In this document: piece after piece, positions 1-9,934 of the stretch
How positions within the stretch are numbered: position 1 is the stretch's first letter
How the letters are laid out: each line of letters opens with the position of its first letter
Origin: Thermoplasmatales archaeon
GTDB taxonomy: Archaea > Thermoplasmatota > Thermoplasmata > Thermoplasmatales > Thermoplasmataceae
NCBI GenBank assembly: GCA_027310185.1
Contig: DAIDBH010000018.1
Span: 160,001 to 224,000, forward strand
DNA: 64,000 bases
Direction of reading: 5' to 3'
Notes under the pieces: generated by a model
The model's database searches: none
What the model was told of the DNA's origin: nothing
The model's input: the letters and a program-made list of their open reading frames with translations, nothing else
Position numbers and translations under genes: made by a program

Positions 1-97
1 CCACAAAAACTTGGTCAATACCTGTATTCCCATTTTCGTTCCATAAAAGTTAAAACATTCCAGTATATGTTAAATACAATCTGAAATTACCATTTTC

Positions 98-1660
98 ATG
101 GAAGAAGACAGGGATATTCTGAAAGGACTACTCAGGAGGGAGATACGAATATTCTTTCTTCTTTATCCCACATTCAGACGATTCCAGAAAGACAGGAAAA
201 GCGCTAAAAGTGAGAGTGGAAAGGACTGGGACTACCGCAGGGAAAGGAATGGTAAGAAAGCAGTTCAGCTTTTCATAGAACTTGGTCCTGCTTTCATAAA
301 ACTTGGGCAGATACTTTCTGCAAGACCGGACCTGCTCCCCAAGGAATATATATCTTCCTTTGAGAAGTTGCAGGATAGTGTTCCACCATCACCATTTGAA
401 GATGTCAGACCAACCCTGGAAAAGAATCTAGGAAAACTTGATGAAGTGTTCGATAAATTTGATGAGGAAGCGATCTCCGGAGCATCACTTGGACAGGTAT
501 ATAGGGCAACGTACATGGGCAGGGATGTGGCTGTAAAGGTGAACAGACCAGATGCAGAGTTCATCATAAAGAGGGATATTGTCATCCTTGACAGGATACT
601 GAAGCTTGCAAAAGGAAGAATCGAGAACTTCCTGTATATGAGTATCAACAATGTTCTCAGAGATTTCCGTAAGAGGATAATTGACGAGATGAACTATGAA
701 AAGGAGGCATCCAATTCAAAGAGAATTGCAAAGAATATAGCAGGAAGGGAAAGGATCATAGTGCCCAGGGTTTACGATGAAATATCATCGAAACAGGTGC
801 TCGTAATGGATTATATTTCTGGAACGAAGATAACCGATATAAAAAAGCTAAAGGAAAAAAATATTGATACTGTGAAACTTGCCTATGACCTTGACATTTC
901 CTTCATAAGGATGCTCCTCAGGGATGATATTTTTCATGCAGATCCTCATCCAGGAAACCTTTCGGTAACTGATTCCGGTGAAATCATTCTTTATGATTTC
1001 GGGATGGTAGGGGACCTTGATGATAATACCAGGTATTATCTCCTGTCACTATACGATGGCCTTACCAGGGGCGACATAGATCAGATAGTAGATTCTCTTA
1101 TCGGTGTTAAAGCCCTCTCTCCTGCCGCAAACAGGGGGATCATAAAGAGAAGTGTTGAACTTGGGATGGCTGGCATGTCCGGAAAGAGGGCTGAGGATAG
1201 CGAGATAAGGGAATTACTGGAAGTTGCAAACGATGTCGTCTTCGAATTTCCATTCAGGCTTCCAACATCCCTTGTCCTCTACATGAGAATGAGTTCACTG
1301 CTGGAAGGAATTTGCCTCTCCCTCGATCCTGAGTTCAAGTTTGTGAAGGTCCTGAGAAAACTGTTCATGGAAGAAGGATTATTGAAAGAATTATATGAAA
1401 AGCAGATAAGCATGTTCCTGGAAGACTCTGTTCGTTCCATAGAGGCAGGAGTGGCAATACTTCCACTTCTCAGGAGAAAACTTGAGAGCGAGGAAGAGAG
1501 GCTTCAGTTCCGTCAAAGAGGAAATTTAAGTTTTACCCTTTTTGGTGGCTTTCTCATGCTGATTGGCATATACGAATATAGGCAGTTAAAAATGATCGGT
1601 ACTTCCATTCTTATAATAGGATTCCTGGTAAGTGTTTATGGTATTTTAAAACGATCCTGA
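98..1660 (+). CDS. ABC1/UbiB (AarF) family atypical kinase
   Basis: LGPAFIKLGQILSARPDLLP, ASLGQVYRA, VAVKV, FHADPHPGN and DFGM motifs; two C-terminal TM helices. Confidence 0.92.
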   Translation: MEEDRDILKGLLRREIRIFFLLYPTFRRFQKDRKSAKSESGKDWDYRRERNGKKAVQLFIELGPAFIKLGQILSARPDLLPKEYISSFEKLQDSVPPSPFEDVRPTLEKNLGKLDEVFDKFDEEAISGASLGQVYRATYMGRDVAVKVNRPDAEFIIKRDIVILDRILKLAKGRIENFLYMSINNVLRDFRKRIIDEMNYEKEASNSKRIAKNIAGRERIIVPRVYDEISSKQVLVMDYISGTKITDIKKLKEKNIDTVKLAYDLDISFIRMLLRDDIFHADPHPGNLSVTDSGEIILYDFGMVGDLDDNTRYYLLSLYDGLTRGDIDQIVDSLIGVKALSPAANRGIIKRSVELGMAGMSGKRAEDSEIRELLEVANDVVFEFPFRLPTSLVLYMRMSSLLEGICLSLDPEFKFVKVLRKLFMEEGLLKELYEKQISMFLEDSVRSIEAGVAILPLLRRKLESEEERLQFRQRGNLSFTLFGGFLMLIGIYEYRQLKMIGTSILIIGFLVSVYGILKRS

Positions 1661-1704
1661 AATGTAAGGCAGCATATTTAATATTATATCTATTATGACA
1701 GAAT

Positions 1705-2163
1705 ATGTCTTTAAACATGCAATATATAGCTAAATCTTTAACCGGTGGTTACACACCTATAAAGATTCTAAGATTTGCCATAATGGCATTTGCCATCATC
1801 GATGCGGCTGCACATCTTTATGCAAGCCCTGCCTCCTATCCCCTTGTAACTTTTTGGCTTGAGATAGAAGTGGCAGCGTTCATAGTTATAGGAATGGTAT
1901 TTCTACTAGGACTGAAGATATGGTATATCCCATCCATAGTTTTTACTCTGTTCAATCTGGTTGTATTTCTGGTCTCTGGAGTTATAGCCATTCCCCCCAT
2001 ATCTTCAGCAGCACTGGTCGGCCATGTACAATTTGCGGATTATTCCTTTGGAAGGGCCTTTTCACTGGCGGCATGGTTATTTATAATAATTGTTGGTACA
2101 ATTTTATTATTCGTAGATAAGGGATCGAAACTCAATGACCTTCTGAGGGAGGACAACAATTAA
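1705..2163 (+). CDS. Hypothetical 4-TM membrane protein
   Basis: 152 aa hydrophobic ORF; AT-rich TATA-like box about 25 nt upstream. Confidence 0.75.
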   Translation: MSLNMQYIAKSLTGGYTPIKILRFAIMAFAIIDAAAHLYASPASYPLVTFWLEIEVAAFIVIGMVFLLGLKIWYIPSIVFTLFNLVVFLVSGVIAIPPISSAALVGHVQFADYSFGRAFSLAAWLFIIIVGTILLFVDKGSKLNDLLREDNN

Positions 2164-2938
2164 AATCTTTTTTTCCAAATAGCAGGAAAGATACATAGCC
2201 AAGTAATGCGCTTAAATTTCTTAAGAGCCAGTAAATACCTATTTCTCCAAGGTCAATTTTTTCCTTTTTAATATCGTCCCACATGATTTTATTCTTACTC
2301 TTCAACTGACCTCTTCCATATCCATTCCAGAAAGCCTGATTGAGAAATGAACGAAGATCTTGTCTTGCAATATGTAATACCCTGCAGCTATTACAAAATA
2401 TACTTTTATAGTCCATAGAAATAATTCTGAGGTTCAAATCTATATCTTCAGCAGTGATAAATTTTGGATCAAAACCGCCTATCCTTATAAAAACATCTCT
2501 CTTGATTCCCATATTCATAGAAGGGGAAGTAATTTCAAAGTTTCTGTAAAATAGTTTAACTCGTTTGAAGGAAGCGTAGCGTTTCATCCCCTTCTGAACA
2601 GTTTCTCCTGTAACCAGATCGGCGTTATTAAGACATTTGGTCATGCACTCTACCCAGCTACTATCAGGTATGGCGTCACCGTCTGTGAACAAAATCAATC
2701 TGGATGAAGACATTTCAACTCCAAGGTTCCTACCCTCTCCTCTGGTGCACTTCTTTATTTTATAGGACACCTTCTGTGTGTCAAACTTTTTCAATGCATC
2801 TACGGTACCGTCATTGCTTTCAGAATCTACAACGACTATATGGCACTGCATGGTTTGAGATAAAAGACTGTTTATCAACGTGTCAATATTTTTGATCTCA
2901 TTGTATGTTGTAATAACAACTGTTGGAATTTCTTCCAT
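2132..2938 (-). CDS. Glycosyltransferase family 2
   Basis: VVITTYNE, VVVDSESNDGT, FTDGD, GGFD and AEDIDL motifs; start moved to ATG at 2938 (TGATG overlap with upstream gene). Confidence 0.88.
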   Translation of the reverse strand: MEEIPTVVITTYNEIKNIDTLINSLLSQTMQCHIVVVDSESNDGTVDALKKFDTQKVSYKIKKCTRGEGRNLGVEMSSSRLILFTDGDAIPDSSWVECMTKCLNNADLVTGETVQKGMKRYASFKRVKLFYRNFEITSPSMNMGIKRDVFIRIGGFDPKFITAEDIDLNLRIISMDYKSIFCNSCRVLHIARQDLRSFLNQAFWNGYGRGQLKSKNKIMWDDIKKEKIDLGEIGIYWLLRNLSALLGYVSFLLFGKKDFNCCPPSEGH

Positions 2939-3129
2939 CAGATCCAGTCCGCTCTCCTCGCTTCCCTCTCCTTCTTTGTCTCTTTCTTGTATTTCTTGTA
3001 GTGTTCCCTGCATAGATGCACCTTTGTCGCCTTTGCATCGAAGGTAAATACCTTGTTTGCAAGCTCAGCTGGAACTGTTTGATAACTCTCTTCTTCGCAT
3101 CCCTTAACATCACACTTCTTTTCAGACAT
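2938..3129 (-). CDS. Small putative zinc-binding protein (63 aa)
   Basis: CDVKGC...HLCREH pattern, basic C-terminus, stop overlaps the GT2 start; start taken at MSEKK. Confidence 0.75.
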   Translation of the reverse strand: MSEKKCDVKGCEEESYQTVPAELANKVFTFDAKATKVHLCREHYKKYKKETKKEREARRADWI

Positions 3130-3186
3130 GGTGATGTATATGCATCTCATTTATTATTTTTAGTCATTGAAGATAAGTTATTAAAT

Positions 3187-3506
3187 GGGAATGCCCGGAG
3201 TAAGCTCCCTTCTGTTCCCCTGTAAAACAGGCTGGCAGCATTCGACTATGGCCGTAAGGCACGCTGCGTCCTACCCGACCCTCAGAGTGGTTTCACGGGG
3301 TCTCTTTGGACTTTCTCCAACCAGGTCAGCTGTCCCATCACCAATCCAGGAAACGTCATCCTCAGGGAATCATTCTTTACCTGGAAATGTTTCTTTCTTT
3401 TGCCGTTGCCATTCCTCTCGGAATACCTGCATGGCAGGTTGGTATCCACCCGGGAGGGGAGACTTTCCTCACTCCAGTGGAGCGTAAGCTGCCCTCGGGC
3501 TTTCCC
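3187..3506 (-). ncRNA. rnpB: RNase P RNA
   Basis: Minus strand has GAGGAAAGTC (CR-I) near the 5' end and AACAGAAGGGAGCTTA (CR-V) near the 3' end; terminal helix GGGAAAGCCCG/CGGGCATTCCC; GC-rich, about 320 nt. Confidence 0.93.
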
Positions 3507-3696
3507 AATGGTGATCTGAAGTTAATTAATTAAAATGTCGCAACAAAGAACATGAATAGTGTATGGATTCAGGGAATCTTTTCTTCAGTTCCAGAAAGTC
3601 TTGCGTCAACAAAATTTTTTACTCTACTTTTAGGATAAAGATTGTACTATACCTCTGTACCATAACTTAGTTAATAACTGCATCGATTGTAGGAGT

Positions 3697-5511
3697 ATGA
3701 ATAAAATTACCATAGCGGCAATAGCAGTGGTGTTTCTACTGGCCAGCGGGAGTGCAATATCTCTTGCCTCCAGTGGAAATGTGAATGGAACGGTAACGAC
3801 CAAAACTATCGATGGATACTCAGTGTCCTATAATAGCACAAATGGATACATAAGAGATGTCTCATATGAATATTTGACTGGTGGCCATGTCACCTTATCC
3901 AGTGGCATATATGTCAATGGAACACAGGTTTCTACAAACATGTTCCTGAAAAACGAGATATCCATGGATAGCGGGAACGTGATCCTATTTGGAAACAGTG
4001 AACCACAATCTATTGGAATAATGACAGGTTCAGCGGGACATAGCAATATGAATATACATCTCAATGAAAGTGCAAGAATTCTAGAAAGCAATTTTAAGTT
4101 GAGTTCATCAAACCAGTTCCAGTTCGGTGGAATGGGAATGAAAACATATTCCGGAATGGAATTCAGGTCCTATGAAATCATGAATGGAAATTTCACAGGG
4201 GTTATAGTCACCGATGGGAAGGTCTCACTGAAAGGGAGTGACTCAAATACAGTAATGAGCATTGAGCAGGCTAACAGTACATTTATGGAAAAACTAACAC
4301 CGTTGTTTGCTGTGTTTGTCACGTCACAGAATATTCAGAATTTGCTTCAAAATCATAAAAACCAGTTGATCAGTAATAAATTTTCGTACAATAACACAAC
4401 CGGAAAGGTTCTTGGAAAATATGTGAGTTTCATATTCGATAATTCCACAAATACCATAAATAACATGAATCTAACAAGTCAGAACATAAACTCAACACTG
4501 TTTTCCTCAGTTAAAATATCCGGAAATGGAACAATCGGGAGAGGATTCAATATACCTTCATTCAGAATGGGAAGTGTACAGACATATGGCTCAATATTCT
4601 TCTATGCAAACGACACTTACATAATGACAGTACACGACAATCCTGTTGCACAATCATCGTATATAGTGAACAATGGCACAATAGTCTTTTCACTGCCGGA
4701 GCACAGCAATGTGACCATGCTGAAAATGAATGGTATTGATACCAGGTTCAATGAATCGATGATACTCACGGGCTCATCCTTCCAGGAAAACGAAATGTTC
4801 GGTCTGAACAACAGGGTAAGTTTTGGTACAGAAGTTCTGAAAATTAACACACCTAATGTTACAGAGATGATGGTTGTAAATGGAGGCAATATCACAGTGA
4901 AGAACAACTCAACCATTGCAGTAAAAACAGGTAACTACGAAATGATAAACATTGTAGCACCACCTGGATTACATAACCTCGGAAAGTACCAGAAGAGAGT
5001 GGATAAAGCACTGAGTTCAGGACAAATTGCAGCGGAACTTTCAATTAATGGAAACACAAATTCACAGAACTTCACGATGTCATTCAATTCTACAGTGATC
5101 ACAAACATAACATCAATCAGCTCTGGACATGCGATGATATCATTAAGTGCAGTTCCGGGACATAAGAAGGGAACTAACGTGGCAATATTCATCTCAAATT
5201 CATTCCTGCAGAATTCCCATAATGTCTACATAAAGTTCGATGGAACAGTCATAAGCTCCCTCAGCATGAACGGACTCCTGAATGATACGAGCTCAGTTTC
5301 AGCAGCTTATTCTGTGTACGCTGAAAGTAACGGAGATCTTGTCATAGTGCACGTCCCGCATTTCTCCAATCACACCATAGAAATATCTGACACTGCATTC
5401 CCGGCTTCCTCATCAGCAGTCAGTTCGCTTGTAATTCCTGCAATCGGAATAGTAATTGCAGCAGTAATCGTAATTGGGGCAGTTGTATATCTCAGAAAGA
5501 GAAACAACTAA
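3697..5511 (+). CDS. Secreted, membrane-anchored surface glycoprotein
   Basis: Signal peptide, N/S/T-rich, about 25 NxS/T sequons counted, VPHFS motif, C-terminal TM plus RKR tail. Confidence 0.82.
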   Translation: MNKITIAAIAVVFLLASGSAISLASSGNVNGTVTTKTIDGYSVSYNSTNGYIRDVSYEYLTGGHVTLSSGIYVNGTQVSTNMFLKNEISMDSGNVILFGNSEPQSIGIMTGSAGHSNMNIHLNESARILESNFKLSSSNQFQFGGMGMKTYSGMEFRSYEIMNGNFTGVIVTDGKVSLKGSDSNTVMSIEQANSTFMEKLTPLFAVFVTSQNIQNLLQNHKNQLISNKFSYNNTTGKVLGKYVSFIFDNSTNTINNMNLTSQNINSTLFSSVKISGNGTIGRGFNIPSFRMGSVQTYGSIFFYANDTYIMTVHDNPVAQSSYIVNNGTIVFSLPEHSNVTMLKMNGIDTRFNESMILTGSSFQENEMFGLNNRVSFGTEVLKINTPNVTEMMVVNGGNITVKNNSTIAVKTGNYEMINIVAPPGLHNLGKYQKRVDKALSSGQIAAELSINGNTNSQNFTMSFNSTVITNITSISSGHAMISLSAVPGHKKGTNVAIFISNSFLQNSHNVYIKFDGTVISSLSMNGLLNDTSSVSAAYSVYAESNGDLVIVHVPHFSNHTIEISDTAFPASSSAVSSLVIPAIGIVIAAVIVIGAVVYLRKRNN

Positions 5512-5524
5512 AAATTTTTAAAAT

Positions 5525-6190
5525 TCAATTTTTTATTATATCCTCAAGTAAAATTTTTCTTGCATATTTTCTTGAAACAAGTATTTCTGTTACTGTATCA
5601 GGAAGAAATATTATATCACCCTTATGTAGATAAAAGTCTCCTACGGAGGTTGCCACAGGCAAAAAGTCTGCAGTTACGGAAACGGTTGACATGTTTTCCG
5701 CTTCTTGTTTGATCTTCCCCGGTTTCTCAATTTTCTGTTCCTCCACATTTGTGTCTGGGCTGGAAATACTTTCTTCATTTCCTTCTTCTTTTCCTGGCTC
5801 CTCTTCAGGTTTGATTATTCTCTCGAGATAAGCCATCATTTTGTTGTGGTTTTCCATTATGAATGTTTTTTCTTCTGGGGCGAGAGGCTCGTAAGTCTTA
5901 GAACTTATGTCAAAGAGTGAATCCCGAAGTAGTTTTTCATATCTCTTGAGGAGAAAATTTCTCAGGTTGTTCTCCAGTTTTTCTTTCTTGTCCATCACTT
6001 TCCTGTAATTTTCTATTCTTGATTCAGAGACGCTTTTTGCTGCCATTTCATTCAGGGTTGTAAGCGCTTCCCTTACTTCATTATAAAAACTGGGCTTTAT
6101 CCTCTGAATAGACTGGCTGGAACTCTCTATTCTGTAGTATTCCCTTATTTCTTTCGTGATCCTTTCTATTTCTACTATTGATAAACCCAT
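5525..6190 (-). CDS. GINS complex subunit (Gins15-type)
   Basis: Helical A-domain, acidic linker, C-terminal B-domain (GDFYLHKGDIIFLP...ILVSRKYA). Confidence 0.75.
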   Translation of the reverse strand: MGLSIVEIERITKEIREYYRIESSSQSIQRIKPSFYNEVREALTTLNEMAAKSVSESRIENYRKVMDKKEKLENNLRNFLLKRYEKLLRDSLFDISSKTYEPLAPEEKTFIMENHNKMMAYLERIIKPEEEPGKEEGNEESISSPDTNVEEQKIEKPGKIKQEAENMSTVSVTADFLPVATSVGDFYLHKGDIIFLPDTVTEILVSRKYARKILLEDIIKN

Positions 6191-6229
6191 CTTTTCTGAT
6201 CATATATCATTCTTGTTAAAAAATATATA

Positions 6230-7075
6230 TTATTGTAGAAGGGACTCGAATGGTTCACTCCCAAAGATTTCTAAAGGGAGGTCCCTGAACGTACTGTTGA
6301 ATGTATGTTCCCAGGAATCAGGATAATTCTGTCTTATCATGATTGCGCGAAGCGGAACAGAGTCAGGCGGCAGAAATCTATTATCATCACCCGGATCATT
6401 AATGTAGTCAGTCTCCAGAAGAAATTTCTTTTCCGTGGATATGGACTCTCTAACAAATTTCCTGGTAGCTGGAATGGAAAAACGCATCCATGAGTCACTC
6501 CAGAGATTTACCGGCAACGCGTGATGCTTTACAACCTTCCGCGGGTCGAGACCATTCTTCCTGGCAAAAGCCTCTATTTCCAATATCCTGGTATTATCAA
6601 GATCTTCCGTATGCAATATTGCAGGGCATTCCAGTTCACCGCATCTGGAAAAGGCATATTCAAGCAGCCTATTGGATTCATCCACAACTGAAGCTGAAAC
6701 TGGAAAATGAGGTCTTCCTATCTCCCCCATAGCATTTACAACCCCTTCCCCAATGAGTTTTGCCGCTCTGTCTATTCCATTCATCACAAGAGTTTCCCCA
6801 TCAAGACCAATTTCTGAAAAGCGAGCATAATCAAGTGGATATGGACCTATGGTGATTAGGACCGTTAAACCTGTTTCTCTTCTTACAGCCTCTGCCATCT
6901 TTATTGTCCTTTCATATATTGTTTCATAATAATGATCAGGGAACAGGGAATAGTCTGGAAGGTTAGTAAGATTGATTGCATTGCCACCCGCTTTCTTGAA
7001 TCGTAATGCACCTTCAATAAAATTCCCTCCATAATTGAGATGGAAGTGATTGTCAAAAATCAGATAATCACCCAT
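6230..7075 (-). CDS. TatD-related amidohydrolase/nuclease
   Basis: DNHFH, GEIGRPHF, ILHTE, VKHHA and LETDY motifs. Confidence 0.88.
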   Translation of the reverse strand: MGDYLIFDNHFHLNYGGNFIEGALRFKKAGGNAINLTNLPDYSLFPDHYYETIYERTIKMAEAVRRETGLTVLITIGPYPLDYARFSEIGLDGETLVMNGIDRAAKLIGEGVVNAMGEIGRPHFPVSASVVDESNRLLEYAFSRCGELECPAILHTEDLDNTRILEIEAFARKNGLDPRKVVKHHALPVNLWSDSWMRFSIPATRKFVRESISTEKKFLLETDYINDPGDDNRFLPPDSVPLRAIMIRQNYPDSWEHTFNSTFRDLPLEIFGSEPFESLLQ

Positions 7076-8271
7076 CAGAAATCAACCAGCCTCTTCTGCC
7101 TCTGTTGATTTTTCAGAATCCACGACATTTCCTTTGCCTTTTCTATACCCAATCTTGATTCCTTCATGAATTCATCGGTCGAAGAAAATTTAACGGGCCT
7201 GGTTTTCATGGCCTCTCTGACAGAACTCCTTATGACCCATACACCAAGGGGAGAATGATATTCTGAGCCAATAGTTCTTACAACAATGACAGATGCCTGT
7301 TTTCTCACCGATTTAAGGTATCTTGCAATTGATAGCCTTGCGGCATAGTATGCCCCTGTAATATTTGAAGCATATTTAGTCCTCCCATTTGGCCCTTCAT
7401 AATCAATTGAAACAGAACCCTGGCCCCACAGGGAACCTCTGTTCCACTGCTCAAGCATTTCAAAGGAAAATGGTCCAGGAAGGAGTACAACCTGAAACGA
7501 ATTACCCACATAACTCATGTCGAATTGCATGATATCTGAAATCCATGGGTAGTGAATAATATCCTTTTTTAGCTCTTTGAAAAGAACGTCATCAGTGGCA
7601 GTTATTGCCCATCTTGTAGGTACCATCTTCCTCTGGTGATCTATCCCTATCAAACCACCGGCAAGTATGTTTTGCAGATATTCTGGCTGAAAGCCCTCCT
7701 GAAACAGTTTGAAAAGGGCCTGTGAAGACTTCAGATCATTATCTTCGTGAATGTAATCAACCATTCTTGGTATTTTGGGATTTCCCGTAACCCTGAGATT
7801 GGAGACCATTGCAGTTGATCCAACCGGAGTATCAAAAAAATCTCCTGTATCAGGACCATGCATGGAAAAGTGATCGGTCTTGAAAGCGATCTCAAATGGT
7901 TTCACAGAAGAAGCACTTTCCAGTATATATTCATGAAATTTCTCATCTGGTCTTCTTATGGACATCTTTGATGCTGTTCTGTAGACATTTGAATTCATGG
8001 AAATAACTTCCTCCAGTTTCATCCCAAATCTGTCCTTACCATAATCAAAAACATCCTGATTAAAGAGGGCAGTTGGACCCGCAAGAACTTCTGGATATCC
8101 ATAATTGCCGACAAATATACCTGGGGGAGTATCTGTTTCTGCTTCTCCACTGACCATCCTGAGTTCAAGACCGCTGGATTTGAGGTTCTTTATTATGGGA
8201 CAATATCCAAGTCCACATAAATTCTTTTTTGCCTTACAGGAACTGCAATATGGAAACACTTTATTATACAT
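7075..8271 (-). CDS. nreA: Nre family DNA repair protein
   Basis: N-terminal CxxC...CGLxxCP, VPTRWAITATD, GAYYAARL, PLGVWVIR; C-terminal PIP box QKRLVDF. Confidence 0.88.
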   Translation of the reverse strand: MYNKVFPYCSSCKAKKNLCGLGYCPIIKNLKSSGLELRMVSGEAETDTPPGIFVGNYGYPEVLAGPTALFNQDVFDYGKDRFGMKLEEVISMNSNVYRTASKMSIRRPDEKFHEYILESASSVKPFEIAFKTDHFSMHGPDTGDFFDTPVGSTAMVSNLRVTGNPKIPRMVDYIHEDNDLKSSQALFKLFQEGFQPEYLQNILAGGLIGIDHQRKMVPTRWAITATDDVLFKELKKDIIHYPWISDIMQFDMSYVGNSFQVVLLPGPFSFEMLEQWNRGSLWGQGSVSIDYEGPNGRTKYASNITGAYYAARLSIARYLKSVRKQASVIVVRTIGSEYHSPLGVWVIRSSVREAMKTRPVKFSSTDEFMKESRLGIEKAKEMSWILKNQQRQKRLVDF

Positions 8272-8704
8272 GATTATGGAACTAATAATTTTATCTTTTT
8301 CGAGAGGTAATACATGACACGAAAAGAGAATTAGAGCGAGTGTTTAATTCAGAGAATGATGCAATCTAAACTGTCCTCACATGAGGCAGCAAGAAACTCT
8401 GTTTGAGGGCAGGACAGTTAGGACGAACTGCCCATAAGAACACATGGGATTCAATGACCTGCTCGTCCTATGGAAATGAAGCATATACCTTCATGACTAT
8501 GCTGAAATCAGGCTGTTGAGACATGTAAGAAAGAGATAAATAATGGTCTTTCACGTCTGGCAAAGTAATGTAAATCAGTTGCCATTGCTTGATTATATTT
8601 ACAATACCTTCCGTCAGAGAGGGTTGGTTGAAACCTCACAACAAAAGGAAAAATTAGAAAAGATTTATTAGAGAAACATGTTAAGGGAGATAAGGTGAAA
8701 ATAA

Positions 8705-9409
8705 ATGCAACAGGGACAAATGGCATATGATAGAGCAATTACAGTTTTCTCCCCTGATGGGAGACTATTTCAGGTTGAATATGCAAGAGAAGCAGTAAAA
8801 AGAGGCTCCACTGCTCTTGGAATCAAGTTCAAGGATGGCGTTCTTCTCATTTCAGAAAAAAGACCAAGAAGCAAGTTAATGGAACAGAACTCCCTGGAAA
8901 AAATTCAGTTAATAGATGATTTTGTAGGTTGTGTCACATCAGGTCTCGGGGCAGATGCAAGAGTCCTAATAGATTTCGCAAGGATAGTAACCCAGCAGGA
9001 AAAGGTCAGCTATGGTTCTCTTGTCAACATAGAGAATCTTGTCAAGAAGGTAGCAGACCAGATGCAGCAATATACACAGTACGGCGGGGTAAGGCCATAT
9101 GGTGTTTCCATTATTTTTGCAGGAATCGACCAGGTTGGAGCAAGGCTTTTTGATTCAGATCCATCCGGTGTCATTAATGAATATAAAGCAACTGCAATCG
9201 GTGCAGGAAGAGATCAGGTTCTTTCCTATCTCGAAAAGGAATACAAAGAGGACGCTGATGAAAAAACAGCAATCGGAATAGGCATTGCAGCTCTAAAATC
9301 TTCAATGGAAGAGGGAGCTGAATACAAGACTCCAGAAGTAGCCTCAATTAGAAGTGACTCAACTTTCAAAATATTTACCAAGGATGAAATTGAGAAACTG
9401 GTAAAATAA
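8705..9409 (+). CDS. psmA: Proteasome subunit alpha
   Basis: [24 protein letters not shown] signature; SD AGGTG upstream. Confidence 0.97.
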   Translation: MQQGQMAYDRAITVFSPDGRLFQVEYAREAVKRGSTALGIKFKDGVLLISEKRPRSKLMEQNSLEKIQLIDDFVGCVTSGLGADARVLIDFARIVTQQEKVSYGSLVNIENLVKKVADQMQQYTQYGGVRPYGVSIIFAGIDQVGARLFDSDPSGVINEYKATAIGAGRDQVLSYLEKEYKEDADEKTAIGIGIAALKSSMEEGAEYKTPEVASIRSDSTFKIFTKDEIEKLVK

Positions 9410-9446
9410 GGAAAAGATTTAAAACCAATATTATTTTTATTTAATC

Positions 9447-9866
9447 ATGAATGAAACAAGTGTTATACGTGAAGTTTTTAGAGACAACAAAAGTGTGGCA
9501 GTAGTTGGCATAAGTAATAAAACAGACAGGGACAGCTACAAAGTTTCAAAATATCTAATGGAACATGGTTTCAAGGTTATACCAATAAACCCAGCATTGA
9601 CTGAATGGGAAGGTATCAAATGTTACCCTGATCTTGAATCAGCTTCACTGGAAAACAAGATTGAGGTTGTAGATATTTTCAGGAAATCAGAAGCGGTAGT
9701 GCCAGTAATTGAAGAAGCCCTAAAAATAATGCCAGATGTTATATGGATGCAGCTAGGTGTAGAGAATATGGAAGGGGCTAAACTTGCTGAAGATAACTCC
9801 ATAAAAGTCATAATGAATAAATGCATCATGGAGGAACATAAGAAAATGAATGTCGGGGTAGCCTAG
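9447..9866 (+). CDS. CoA-binding protein (YccU-like)
   Basis: VAVVGIS, IPINP, VDIFR, IWMQLG and NKCI motifs. Confidence 0.9.
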   Translation: MNETSVIREVFRDNKSVAVVGISNKTDRDSYKVSKYLMEHGFKVIPINPALTEWEGIKCYPDLESASLENKIEVVDIFRKSEAVVPVIEEALKIMPDVIWMQLGVENMEGAKLAEDNSIKVIMNKCIMEEHKKMNVGVA

Positions 9867-9934
9867 CCCGGTAAGGCGGTAGATTCGAAATCTACCGCTC
9901 TTGTAGCTCGGGAGTTCAAATCTCCCCCCCGGCG
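9852..9934 (+). tRNA. tRNA-Ser(CGA), CCA not encoded
   Basis: Acceptor GTCGGGG/CCCCGGC, anticodon arm GTAGA-TTCGAAA-TCTAC, long variable arm, T arm GGGAG-TTCAAAT-CTCCC, G73. Confidence 0.93.

Noticed and set aside
2939-3013. Longer N-terminus of the GT2 ORF
   Set aside because: Overlaps the small zinc-finger gene in another frame; ATG at 2938 gives normal coupling
3185-3533. ORFs of 100 and 75 aa on the plus strand
   Set aside because: Antisense shadows of the GC-rich RNase P RNA
3768-3790. TCCAGTGGAAAT resembling an origin recognition box
   Set aside because: Single copy inside a CDS, with no G-string and no orc1/cdc6 nearby
8508-8738. 76-aa minus-strand ORF
   Set aside because: Overlaps the psmA start and promoter; no protein-like motifs
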